A DNA stretch of 19,125 bases, taken from assembly GCA_024626585.2 (NCBI GenBank), contig JANKJI020000002.1:135170491-135189615 (forward strand), given 5' to 3'. This document shows, one piece after another, positions 1 through 10,340 of this stretch (its first letter is position 1; each line of letters starts with the position of its first letter). The notes beneath the pieces were generated by a model. That model was not told the origin of the DNA and made no database searches. It saw only the letters and a list, made by a program, of their open reading frames with translations. A program made the position numbers and the translations under genes. Origin of the DNA: Ginkgo biloba. Taxonomy: Eukaryota; Plantae; Ginkgophyta.

Positions 1-265
1 GTGTAACCAGAGATTCAACTTTATTCATAATTTTGATGACTAATGTGGTTTGGCCTTAACTAGGAAAGATATGCCATTGTTTCTAGATAACACCATGATA
101 CTTAGCATGATTAAAGAAGAGTATATAGAGCACCTAAGGTGGATATGAGGAGAGAAATTATGCGTTAAAATGCCTGTGTAACTTTCTGTAAGCTAATATT
201 GATTTGTTAGGGTACATTGTTTCTGCCAAAGGAATATCAATTGAACCCGAGACATTAAAGAATGG
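1..265 (+). mobile_element. Decayed Ty3/Gypsy reverse transcriptase fragment (copy 1)
   Basis: Manual translation across frameshifts gives LMTNVVWP*LGK, LFLDNTMILSMIKEEYIEHLRW and CNFL*ANIDLLGYIVSAKGISIEPE. These match the Gypsy RT motifs MNxVFxPxLGKF, VFLDDILIYSxxxEEHxxHL and KCxFxxxxIxFLGHIVSxxGIxxDP. Confidence 0.8.
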
Positions 266-967
266 ATTTTGTGGTAAAGTTGTTCGGCCTAGCCAAATCT
301 ACGCTGGTTGGTAGGAAAAATATAGCTATTATGAGTTTTGCTTTATTTGATGTAATAAGTTTGTGCATGTGTATAAGCATATAACTTAGGAATAAGTTAA
401 ATATTAGAGAGGGGATAAGTTAGGAAGGATGGCAGACAGGTGTTCCAACTATCGCTGACTTTCTCAAGTCATACGGGGCTGTCAATATAAAGCTGTCCTT
501 TATTTCAAATGCAATCATCTATCTTCTTTGAGGGCAATATTATTCATCATTTTGTGCAATATACTGTGTGTGGGCTATCTCTGTCTTCCGTACATTGTAC
601 GAATGTACATGCTTTGTACATGACTGCCTATCTTGGATTCACTCTGATGTTGATTGGTTGTACATGTGTTAATTGGACTTAACATGTTAATCATGTGAAT
701 ACTACTGTTGTTCCTCATACAGTTATGAATGGTGCTGCCGTACATGCCACGGTTAGGATATTGGCTTTGTTCAGGATGATGTTGGATATCAATGCACACA
801 CCAAATATTGATTATGCATGCACTGAGTGTTATTTGACTTGTACATATACATGTATGGGGGGCAGTCATTCACATCTCGAATGTTCAGGTATGATGCTAT
901 TGCTTCTCCCTTTTGTCTCACCAAACTTTTAGATTTGTGACGGGGAAGTTTGCACACAACATTGATT

Positions 968-1549
968 TCTTTCATGATACTGATGACAAATGTCTTTTGG
1001 CCTTAATTGGGAAAAAATATAGCAATGTTTCTTGATTTCATTATGATACCTAGAAAGACTATGGAAGATTATCTGAGACACCCAAGTTAGATGTTGAGAG
1101 ATATCTTGTGTGTGAAAAATGCCTTAAGTGTGACTATTGGTAAGGTAAGACTGAATATTCAGGTTATATTGTTTCTGCTAAAGGATTGTGATCATTTATG
1201 AATTATGATTGAACCTGAGAAAATAAAGAATAGTGATTTATGATCTCAGAAGCTTTTTGTCTGGAGCCGTAAGCTATAGAAGATTTGTTTTGGAAATTAT
1301 CCAAAACACAATTGCTAAAGTTCTTGAGGAAGTCAAGATGATTCCACTAGTTCGATAAGCATCAAGGTAGTCTTGACTTAATGAAGGCTGATTTGACAAA
1401 AGCTCTAGTACTGACTAATTCAATCCTCCCAAACTTCTACCTATGAATGGTAGTGGTGTGGATTTTGGAGCTTTGTTAAAGAAGGATGGATGAGTGATTG
1501 ATCAAGAAAGTGGGAATATGAATGAAGCAAAAAAAAAGATCTCATTCTG
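968..1549 (+). mobile_element. Decayed Ty3/Gypsy RT-RNase H fragment (copy 2)
   Basis: Translation gives FMILMTNVFWP*LGKNIAMFLDFIMI, KCDYW*GKTEYSGYIVSAKG, IEPEKIK, DLRSFL...SYRRFV, MKADLTKALVL and GSGVDFGALLKKDG*VIDQESGNMNEAKKK. The last matches RNase H DASxxGIGAVLxQxGxVIAYESRKLxxAE. It runs into the N gap at 1550. Confidence 0.85.
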
Positions 1550-1649
1550 NNNNNNNNNNNNNNNNNNNNNNNNNNNNNNNNNNNNNNNNNNNNNNNNNNN
1601 NNNNNNNNNNNNNNNNNNNNNNNNNNNNNNNNNNNNNNNNNNNNNNNNN

Positions 1650-2460
1650 GGTAATAATGAAGCCTATAATGCATCATAAAAAATCCCTTAGGATCGTATT
1701 GTCTAGAACCTACATCTTCAAATTTATAATCCAAAATGTCTTTAGCATGAGCTTTGGCTTGACCTCTATTGGTAACTATGACATTACCTATCCTGATAGG
1801 GAAAAAATGGAAAGAAACTTTCTTCCATCTTTGGTACACTTTAGTGTGAATGGATATAATTTTCCAACACATATCATATAATATAATACAATCATCTACA
1901 TATTTCAACAGATGATGTGGGATTCCATCAAAACCATATAATATAGGAGAAGTCTTTTTTTTAATACTAGTCACTAATGCCCCCTAAGGCTTCTTTAATA
2001 GAGTCCCTAATTCTGGGAGGTTCTATACAATGCAATAGGTCAAAAAATTGATACACAAATTAATCATTTATTAGAAAATAATAAGGCTTGTATTTGTCCC
2101 TCTAGATCTTAGAAAACCAAAAATACATAGGTATTCCTTCTCCTCTTTATTCACCTGATTATATGGCAAACCCAAAAAAGTCCTAGAGAAAATTACTGTA
2201 TAAATAACATATGATATCATATAGAATTTATCTGTCTTAGATAACTTGGTCAATTATTTTTCTAGAGTGCTTCTAATGATGTTGGTCTAATCAAATTTCC
2301 TTCCTTTCCTATTGACTTGGTATACCACATATACCATGTAATTGTATACTTTTATAGTAACCTTATCTCTAAACACCCTATATAGTAAAGACACTAGGTT
2401 CTTATATTCTTTTTCTAATTTCCTAGTCTCATACATGGCTTTATGGAAGGACTTGAAATG
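1650..2460 (-). pseudogene. Decayed ORF of unknown function, probably a retrotransposon accessory (non-gag/pol) ORF
   Basis: About 270 codons can be threaded with two frameshifts: EKEYKNLVSLLYRVF...YMVYVVYQV...GRKFD*TNIIRSTLEK*LTKLSKTDKFYMISYVIY...IND*FVYQF...PPRI...ISD*Y*KKDFSYI/LYGFDGIPHHLLKYVDD...FPIRIG...RQYDPKG. Several stops fit one-step changes from W or Q codons. The similarity to conifer TE-associated hypothetical proteins is recalled, not searched. Confidence 0.6.
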
Positions 2461-3047
2461 GGATCACTGTACCAGGAGTTAATTAACTATATAATTTGAG
2501 GATGATTTTGATAGAACTCTTCCATTCTATTAAATAATAATTATTCTTCAACTATATGTAGCCCTAATATTTATGAAATACATCAAGGGTTAAAGGACAA
2601 AGTGCCTTCCCACTAGTAGTGATTTATACTCTTATAACCAAGTTAAATCTTTTCCTTATTATGGTAGCTCTTGAGCACTAATGTGTGTTGTGAATGAGTT
2701 TTCTCCACGAGTTCATGTGCTAAATGTTTTCCCAAGTTTTCTCCACATGTATGTAAGCTTGGTTGACTGTCTGCGCTCAGGTTTTGGGTTCGACTGGAGC
2801 CCATATGGTCTGAATTTCGCTGATTTTAATTTTTTTTTTAAGACTAACATGCTTAAAACTGTTTATATACTAACTTTGAGATGCTGCACAAAGTGTTTTG
2901 ACTTGCTTCTGTAGACTTGATATTGTGTTTGGGCTTTCTTATACTTGTTACTTTGATTTAAGGTTGTGATCATCTTTTGAAATGAGCTGTTTGTTGAGGG
3001 GAAAAAGGAAGAAAGCAAATGAAATTGATCATGGTTTGCACTTTCAG

Positions 3048-3131
3048 GCATTAGTGGGATCATCAGTAGTTGAGGCAATGCTGTCTAGATCAGGATCAGT
3101 CTTTTATGGAGATATTAGAAGCCATGATAGA
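3048..3131 (+). CDS. JMJ31: Internal coding exon A of a JmjC-domain 2OG-Fe(II) oxygenase (JMJ31-like)
   Basis: Acceptor ttgcactttcag| and donor |gtaagt. The 84 nt encode ALVGSSVVEAMLSRSGSVFYGDIRSHDR, matching the recalled JMJ31 motif GSxxVEAMLSRxAPVFxGDIRSHER. Confidence 0.92.
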
Positions 3132-3325
3132 GTAAGTTTTTATTATGCTCATCTCATACATTCACCATATTCTAGTTAATGTCTGAGGAGCTGCTTGCAG
3201 TTGTTATTCATAACAAACAAATTCTTTTTTATTGTATTGTACAAACCTTCAAATAAGATTACAGTTTAAACATATAATTATGGTAATACAGCAAATAAAA
3301 CTCTGCTATTTATTTTGGATGTTAG
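3132..3325 (+). other. 194-nt phase-0 GT-AG intron of the JMJ31-like gene
   Basis: Starts gtaagt, ends ttttggatgttag and is AT-rich. Removing it fuses SHDR to MPVPFSSF (homologues: SHER-VxLPFSxF). Confidence 0.9.
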
Positions 3326-3499
3326 ATGCCTGTACCTTTTTCTAGCTTCATCAGCCTATGCAAGAAGGGCCGACAAATGCATGGGGATGCATTTGGTGGC
3401 AAACGCAGTCAAGAAGATGCATGTGGTATACCAGAGTTTGATTCCACCGAAGCTCTTTCAAGTTATTTAGAAGATGACTCTCAGATTTATCTGGCTCAG
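3326..3499 (+). CDS. JMJ31: Internal coding exon B of the JMJ31-like gene
   Basis: 174 nt with no stop, encoding MPVPFSSFISLCKKGRQMHGDAFGGKRSQEDACGIPEFDSTEALSSYLEDDSQIYLAQ, donor cag|gtgtag. The conserved ends PFSxFIxxCK and QIYLAQ flank a variable linker. Confidence 0.92.
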
Positions 3500-3877
3500 G
3501 TGTAGTGTCCGTTTTGTTTCGTATTTTCTTTATCATTGAAATATCATCCTATAGTTTTATTTCCCATGAGGANNNNNNNNNNNNNNNNNNNNNNNNNNNN
3601 NNNNNNNNNNNNNNNNNNNNNNNNNNNNNNNNNNNNNNNNNNNNNNNNNNNNNNNNNNNNNNNNNNNNNNNNTTTCTAGCATTTAATGCTAGATTCCTTC
3701 AAGATTCTATGTACAATCATGATTATTTAGAAAGATTCCTTTGTACCCCGCAAATACTTTTGATGTTTTCATGAGTTTATATGTGTATGTGTAATTGATG
3801 TATGCATTGTCAATGAATAACAACTAACCACCCTCGTTGGTTTAAGTGGGTCCCACTGGGCCAACCCATATTTCACA

Positions 3878-5616
3878 AACAGTTGATAGATGAGAATTTC
3901 ATTAGATTGGAACAATAGCATTTTTGGAGCACCATTTGGCACTATCTTAGGACATGTCATCCATCAAGAAGGATTTATGGTCAACATATCTAAGATAGCT
4001 ATTATTGTAGATTGCAACTTCTAAAAATATTCACATAAGTAAGAGCATTTTTGGGTCATAGATATTATTAGGAATTCACCAGAAGATATGCATAAATCAT
4101 CAGACCTCTAAAAGAGCTATTAAAGAAGGACAAAGAGTTTCTTTAGACTTCAGAGTACTAGAAATCAGTTGAAACACTAAAATGAAGTTGGTCGAAGCAT
4201 CAATCCTGAGATTCCCAAATTAGTCGAAGATGTTGCATGTGCATGTTGATGCATCATCAACTACAATTGATGCAACACTTGCACAATCAGATGAAGGTAG
4301 CATTGATCACCCCTATCACACATGCAAGTCGAAAATTGAGCGATGTTATGATAAACTATTCTACCATAGAACGCGAAGGTTTGGGTATATACTTTGTAGA
4401 AATTAAGGCATTACCATTTGGCTACATTTTTTCATTTCTATACTAATCATCAAGCTGTGAAGTGCTTGGTGAATAAGTCTTTGTTACATGGCAGGATCAG
4501 TTGATGATAATTGTTATTTTAGGAGTTTGATTTTAAAGTCTTTGTTAAGCCTAGAAAGTCCCATGTTGGGTCAGACCATTTCTCTATAATCGAGATCGGT
4601 GAAGAAGCAATTGAAGTTGATGGGGAATTGCTAGATGCATATCTATTTTAAGTCAAAGATGTTCTAATCAGATTAAAAGACATCTCCACCTTCTTAACAA
4701 TTGGACAAGGACGTGAAAGGTATACAACTAGTCAGAGGAAAATCTAGTTGTCAAATTTGCTCCATATGGACGTATTCAAGGTCATCTGTACAAAATGGGA
4801 CCAAATTTGGTGCTATGAAGATGCGTTATGAAGCATGAAGTTCAACAGATACTGCAAGAAGCCCATAGAGCATTGTTGGAGGACACACTTACGGGTATTA
4901 ATCACACAAAAAATTCTTCAAATAGGTCTATGGTGGCCTACTTTGTTTAAGGATGCAAGTCGATATTGTTGTGTGGTGTATATCAATGTATTGACAAACC
5001 AAACCAAAGAGACTAAATGCCTTTGCAACTAATTTGGTCCAAGCACCATTTGAGAAATGGGTAGTTGCCTTTCTTGGACCCATTAACATGTTGGCAAGAA
5101 AATCAAAAGCTTGCTATATAACCACTACTACGGATTATGTAATTAGTGGGATGCAGTATGACCCACAGTTAATTGCTCTTTACACACTACAACTACGTCT
5201 ATTTTTGAAAGCATCATCACAAGATTTGGATGTCGAAAGAGTCTGACTAGTAATCAGGGAAAGCATTTTGTTAATCAGACTGTTGCAGTGTTAACCAAAA
5301 AATTCATGATCCAACATCATAAAACTAGTCCATGTCACCCCCAAGCAAATGGCATGGTTGAAGCCTTTAACAAAATTTTGGAACATGCATTAACTAAAAT
5401 GTGCCATGTCAATCGTACGGACTAGGATGAACACATTCATGCTTTTCTTTGGGCATATAGGACAACCTATAAAACATACATCATTCCAATTGGTGTATGG
5501 GCTTGAAGTTATTGTACCAATTAATTCACCTTGCCTAGCTTGGGGATTGCTACTTACAGAGATGGGAGACTAGAGATTGTTGTAAGATAGGTTGATCCAA
5601 CTGGTTCGATTGGAGG
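3878..5616 (+). mobile_element. Decayed Ty3/Gypsy pol (RT C-terminus, RNase H, integrase), probably non-chromovirus lineage
   Basis: Motifs in RT-RH-INT order: ISLDWNNSIFGAPFGTILGHVI, VRAFLGH, LHVHVDASS, HASRKLS..NYSTIEREGLG, LVNKSLLHGRI, QEAH, KILQIGLWWPTLFKDA, PFEKWVVAFLGPIN, TSNQGKHFVN, HPQANGMVEAFNKILE, LWAYRTT. Many stops and frameshifts. Confidence 0.95.
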
Positions 5617-6962
5617 TGTCTATGCTAGATCTAGAACCATGAAAGAAATTACGAATAATACCTAGCTCCTGCTCTAGATCAAAACACAAACCTCAGATTG
5701 AGTGGATGAGGAACAATACCTTCACTTTAGCAAACGAAGATCTCCTCCGGTGTGTGTNNNNNNNNNNNNNNNNNNNNNNNNNNNNNNNNNNNNNNNNNNN
5801 NNNNNNNNNNNNNNNNNNNNNNNNNNNNNNNNNNNNNNNNNNNNNNNNNNNNNNNNNCCACACCTTCTTAGGAAAGTTATCTTTATTTTATGTATTGTCT
5901 TAATATCAATAAAATTCCATTTGGGATTGTTTCCAAGTATTTTTAGTTCTATTATTCCTGTTTTCAAATATTTCAGATTCCATTTTAGAAATTTAGATTT
6001 TAGTTTCCTTCAGTTTCATTAGTTGTAACTAGTTAGGAACATAACAGGGTACAACGAGAAACATTTCCTAGTCATACTCGTGTCATATCCCCTTTCGAGA
6101 TGGATCGGGTATGGAATTGGGACCTAGGGAGTTGTTTCCCGGTAACTTAGTTTAGACCCAACCCTTAAACCCAACACTAGTAAAGGTGTTAGGCACTAGG
6201 TTTGTTTCAACCCCTCTTCGGTACTATGATTATCCTAACAACTAGGATAAACCCCTACAAGAAATTATTTATTTATATTAATTAATAGTTTGGCGAATAC
6301 TAGTATGTTAAAAAAACCTTATAGAACCAATTCCACCTTATGACAACAATTGCCATAGTACTAGACAAATGCATTGACATGGTTAGCAAGCCTTATGACC
6401 ACAATAATAATTCATAGAGTCGTTCATCACGAGGGCAAAGAGGAGCAACAAATCAACCCTCCCAACTATCCTTTAAGGCATTGTCAGTTAGTCCATGAAA
6501 GATGCATGCATAGGGCTAATAAATAATAGTACACTATCGAAACAAGGACAAGATAGGTTCCCTAGTAGATTCCTTTGGGTAACTGTTATGTTGTCCTAAA
6601 CAACTACCTAGAGCTTTTGCTATGGTAGGGAAAAATATCTTGCATGATGCTAAGGAAAAGTTTCCTAGGTTAATGAGTGGTAATTAGCACCATAAGAACA
6701 ATCAATGATCATAAATGCATCCAAAAAGAGACATTAGTTGGAGTTGGCCTACACTCTATAAGTTGTTTTCACAAAATTAGGGTTTCAACTTGCTTATATT
6801 ATTTTATTTGAACAATTTCATAATTCCGACTCTTATTGTTTATATTAATTTATTTAGATAGANNNNNNNNNNNNNNNNNNNNNNNNNNNNNNNNNNNNNN
6901 NNNNNNNNNNNNNNNNNNNNNNNNNNNNNNNNNNNNNNNNNNNNNNNNNNNNNNNNNNNNNN

Positions 6963-8583
6963 TGCACGCTCAGCATAGTCTTCCACTCACGAACTACCTC
7001 TATCTCCTTTGGATCAATATTGTGCCATCTGCGAAGAGAATGTGACCTAAAAACTCTACCTTCTCTTGGTAGAAGTCACATTTTGATAACTTACCATATA
7101 ATTAGGATGTCTAAACCAAGTGAAGATGCTCTTTCCTAGTCTTGCTGAAAATTATGATGTCATCTAAGAAGATTGCCACGGACATCTCCAAATAAGACTT
7201 GAGGATATCATTCATCAATCTCATGAAGGTTGATGGAGCATTTGTAAAACTAAAGGGCATAACCAAGTGCTCATAATGGCCATTCTTAAATGGTGAATGC
7301 TGTCTTCTCTATATCCTTAGGATGAATCCAAATCTGATAATAGCCACTCCTCAAATCAATGTTGAAGAAAACTTTGGCTCCATTCATGTTGTCTAAAATA
7401 TCATCAATCTTGGAAAAAGGGTACTTATCTGTCATGGTGATTTTATTCAAGGCTTGTTAGTCTACACACATTCTCATGGACCCATCCTTTACAAGCAAAA
7501 CTGGTGCACCATATGGAGATTTAGAGGGCCTTATAAACCCTTGATGTAGCAATTCTTGAATTTGCATCTTCACATCTTCCTTTTTAGCATGGCTGAAACG
7601 ATAGGGAAACTTGTAAGTTGATCCTAATCCTTCTTCCAATTCGATTTGATCGTCTGCTTCCTGTTCCATGGGCAACCTTTTTGGAAGCCCATTGGAAAAT
7701 AGATTAGCATATTCTAATAACAATGGTGCCATCTCTTTTGAAATATCCTTTGTTTTCTTGTCCTCTTATGGCACCTCCCTCATAAATAGTTCATAAGCTT
7801 GGCTATACACTTTTCTAGCTACCCTCTTAAGCTAAATTGTTGATACTAACGTTATCTGTCTGAATCTCGATTAGCGTATAGCTTCAACTTCTCACCCTTG
7901 GGGAAATGTAAGATATGGTCCNNNNNNNNNNATGTCATGCTACCGCCAATACTTTTACCCTAGGATTGCATCATAATGACCGATCTTCATGATAGCAAAG
8001 TTCAAATGATCTTTATATTCTTGAATAGTGGTGAGATGATTGGGTCTCTTTCCCATTGGGTAATTCCACTTTATATGTCTAAGGGGCTTCTTGTGTCTTC
8101 AAATTTGCCTTTCTAACAAACTCTTCAGATGCAAGATTTTGAGTTCATCCTTTATATACTAAAATAATGGTTTCAATACAGTTTATCTTATCCTTAATGA
8201 CAAACAATTCAATGGCACTAAATCTAAAGGGTCTTAAACTTACTCTCTAAGGGAGTTTTCTTTTTGACTTCTCCTTGCATAACACTGCAACCACCTTCTT
8301 GTGATGCCAATGCTTGCATTATCTTTTGTGCNNNNNNNNNNNNNNNNNNNNNTTCTCATTGTGTTCAAAATGGATGTGACCAATGTGGCTAATTTAATAG
8401 CAATTTTTATGTGCAAAACTTGCCTAAGCAATTCATTTACAAATATTCTCCTATCATTGGCTACCCGCACTATGTCATTGACTGTCTTTACTTTACCATT
8501 AGTCATATTTTGCACCTTTGCCTCCCAATATTGTTTTTGAAATTCCAACGATGACCATTCTTCCTTTTACAATTCTTGGATAG
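6963..8583 (-). mobile_element. Decayed Ty3/Gypsy (chromovirus-like) gag-protease-RT relic
   Basis: On the minus strand: gag-like KQYWEAKVQNMT (about 8500-8545), degenerate protease ILVYKG*TQN (normally LVD(S/T)GxTHN, about 8130-8165), then RT ELLHQGFIRPSKSPYGAPVLLV-KDGSMRMCVD, IDLRSGYYQI, GHYEHLVMPFSFTNAPSTFMRLMN, IFLDDIIIFS (FLDD at 7159-7170) and KCDFYQEKVEFLGHI. Confidence 0.93.
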
Positions 8584-8683
8584 NNNNNNNNNNNNNNNNN
8601 NNNNNNNNNNNNNNNNNNNNNNNNNNNNNNNNNNNNNNNNNNNNNNNNNNNNNNNNNNNNNNNNNNNNNNNNNNNNNNNNNNN

Positions 8684-9145
8684 TCATAGGAAGTGGGTAG
8701 AACTACCTTTCATCATCTGTGTGTAAATTGGCAATAAATCTTTCATGAGCCAACACTACTTTCGGCCTTTAGTCACACACGACTTCATTTTTTTTTTTTA
8801 ATAAGTGCATTTAGTTGTCAGTGCTATAGGTGGTCACTTTCTTCCTTTCTCTTGCTTCAGATTGTAGATTTTATCGATGACTTCTCTATTATCTTGTGGC
8901 AACTTGAATTCTTGCTTCAAGTTTTTTCGTAGTGGCTTCCAATCCTCGAAATGGCCTACTACAAATTCTTTGAACCAGTCATTGGTGATATCCCACAATG
9001 TTGTTGGAAACATCCTCACCTAGTGATCTTAGTTGTCTTGGCTATTAGCCATCCATATTATTTTGCATACATTACAATGTTGGGTAGGGTGCGCTTTCCC
9101 ATTCCTTTTGAAGTCAAGTAGCCTCTACCTTTCCATTAGAACCAT
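8684..9145 (-). mobile_element. Decayed LTR-retrotransposon gag (a second, different gag)
   Basis: R*RLLDFKRNGKAHPTQHCNVCKIIWMAN...*VRMFPTTLWDITNDWF...WKPLRKNLKQEFKL...IYNLKQ...K*CWLMKDL...KVVLPTSY. This fits the Retrotrans_gag pattern FPxTLxxxAxxWF...WxxLxxxFxxEF...LKQ...WFxxGL. Confidence 0.85.
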
Positions 9146-9659
9146 ATTTTTTGGAGGTGGATTTCCACTTATCTTCGGCCCATTCAGACCACTTTGCTTG
9201 CTTGACACACTACCATCGAAGAAGGTCATTAGTCTGCTACCATAGTCGTCAACCATCGTTGGTCGCCTTCCCCCCTTTTAGTCGTTGTCATTAGGCCCCT
9301 TGCCAAATTCAGTCTTTGAAGTCTTTCATGTTTGGGTTTGTAGCCACAACTTGATCTCTTTGTCCTCGTATAGACTTTGATGAATTGGGCCACCAATTTT
9401 CCTCCTTCGGTCAATGCTCTATCTTTGCAATTCTCCTTAGTAGGACAAGTTTAACTTGGTGTGCTTTCCCCGCACGAACCTAGATCTTTGAGACTTAGCT
9501 TTGTAAAGAGGTCTTGGACATTAGTTGTTGGTCTTGGGACTCACCTTCCCATAGTACAAATTTTTGGACTGCATGGTCTCCTTGAATGACAAATTACCAT
9601 CATCACTTTTCCGCCTCTCATCGTTTGGTAATATGTGCAAACCCTTGAGCATGGAATGG

Positions 9660-9817
9660 GAACTCTTTTTGTCACCATTGTTGTAAAACGATGATTCTAT
9701 TTATTGAAAAAAGTACATACAACAAAATAGAGTGGCATAGGCACACCCACAGTTCTGGATATCTTATCCGAAACAGCTAGATAGGCTTACATGCATGACA
9801 AAATATAAAAGGCCTTG
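9660..9817 (-). repeat. Putative 3' end of a 5' LTR plus degenerate primer-binding site for the 8684-9145 gag
   Basis: The minus strand reads ...cgttttacaaCA-a-TGGtgacaaaaagag. The CA end is at 9679, followed by a 1-nt spacer and TGG at 9677-9675, upstream of and co-oriented with gag. The cognate tRNA is not identifiable. Confidence 0.45.
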
Positions 9818-9917
9818 NNNNNNNNNNNNNNNNNNNNNNNNNNNNNNNNNNNNNNNNNNNNNNNNNNNNNNNNNNNNNNNNNNNNNNNNNNNNNNNNNNN
9901 NNNNNNNNNNNNNNNNN

Positions 9918-10340
9918 GTGTACAGTCATGGCTATCGCTAAATCTATCCTGGAGGCTATATATAAATCAATACGCATCTTCCTCTAATATGGTGGTAAAA
10001 ATACCACTCGAATAGTTTTCATTTGTTCAATTGGAACATTGTCTATGCTCCTAAATCCATTGGCAGATTAGATATAAAGGTGCTTACTTAATGAAAAATC
10101 CCTAGGTATAAAACTAGCATGGAGAATCTTATAGGAACAGAATGAGCAATGGGATACTATGTTGAGATAAAAGTATTATCAAGGTTACTTAAGGATGTAA
10201 TCCCATTCTAAAAGGCCAGGAGGATCTAGAATTTTATTTTGCAGGGCCTACACATTATTTTAAAAATGTTACATGGGTAATAAGGGAGGGTGCAATATAT
10301 ATCTTTATAAACTCTATTGTAGGAATACCACCACTAGAAG
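9918..10340 (+). mobile_element. Decayed L1-clade LINE ORF2 fragment (post-RT region)
   Basis: KSILEAIYKSIRIFL*YGG...FHLFNWNIVYAPKSIGRLDIK...SLGIKLAWRIL*EQNEQWDTMLR*KY...VTWVIREG...GIPPL. This matches the plant L1 pattern RxFLWxG...HLVxWxxVCxPKxxGGLGI...ALxxKxxWR...WxxVLxxKY...WxIGxG. Confidence 0.85.

Noticed and set aside
348-549. Possible ~200-nt solo LTR (TGATGTAATA...TATTATTCATCA with an internal TATAAAG)
   Set aside because: The flanks (ttatt / ttttg) are not a convincing target-site duplication, and there is no second copy, PBS or PPT.
723-888. AG...GT-bounded Cys-rich stretch as a candidate exon
   Set aside because: Stops occur in all three + frames, and there is no resemblance to the expected upstream JMJ31 exons.
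2982-3179. 65-aa ORF from the ORF track as a stand-alone gene
   Set aside because: It is exon A plus intron read-through on both sides.
6171-6250. Small hairpins (ttatccta-acaac-taggataa; aacac...gtgtt), and a similar one at about 18440-18458
   Set aside because: Stems of 8 bp or less in AT-rich DNA are expected by chance, and none has miRNA or structured-RNA features.
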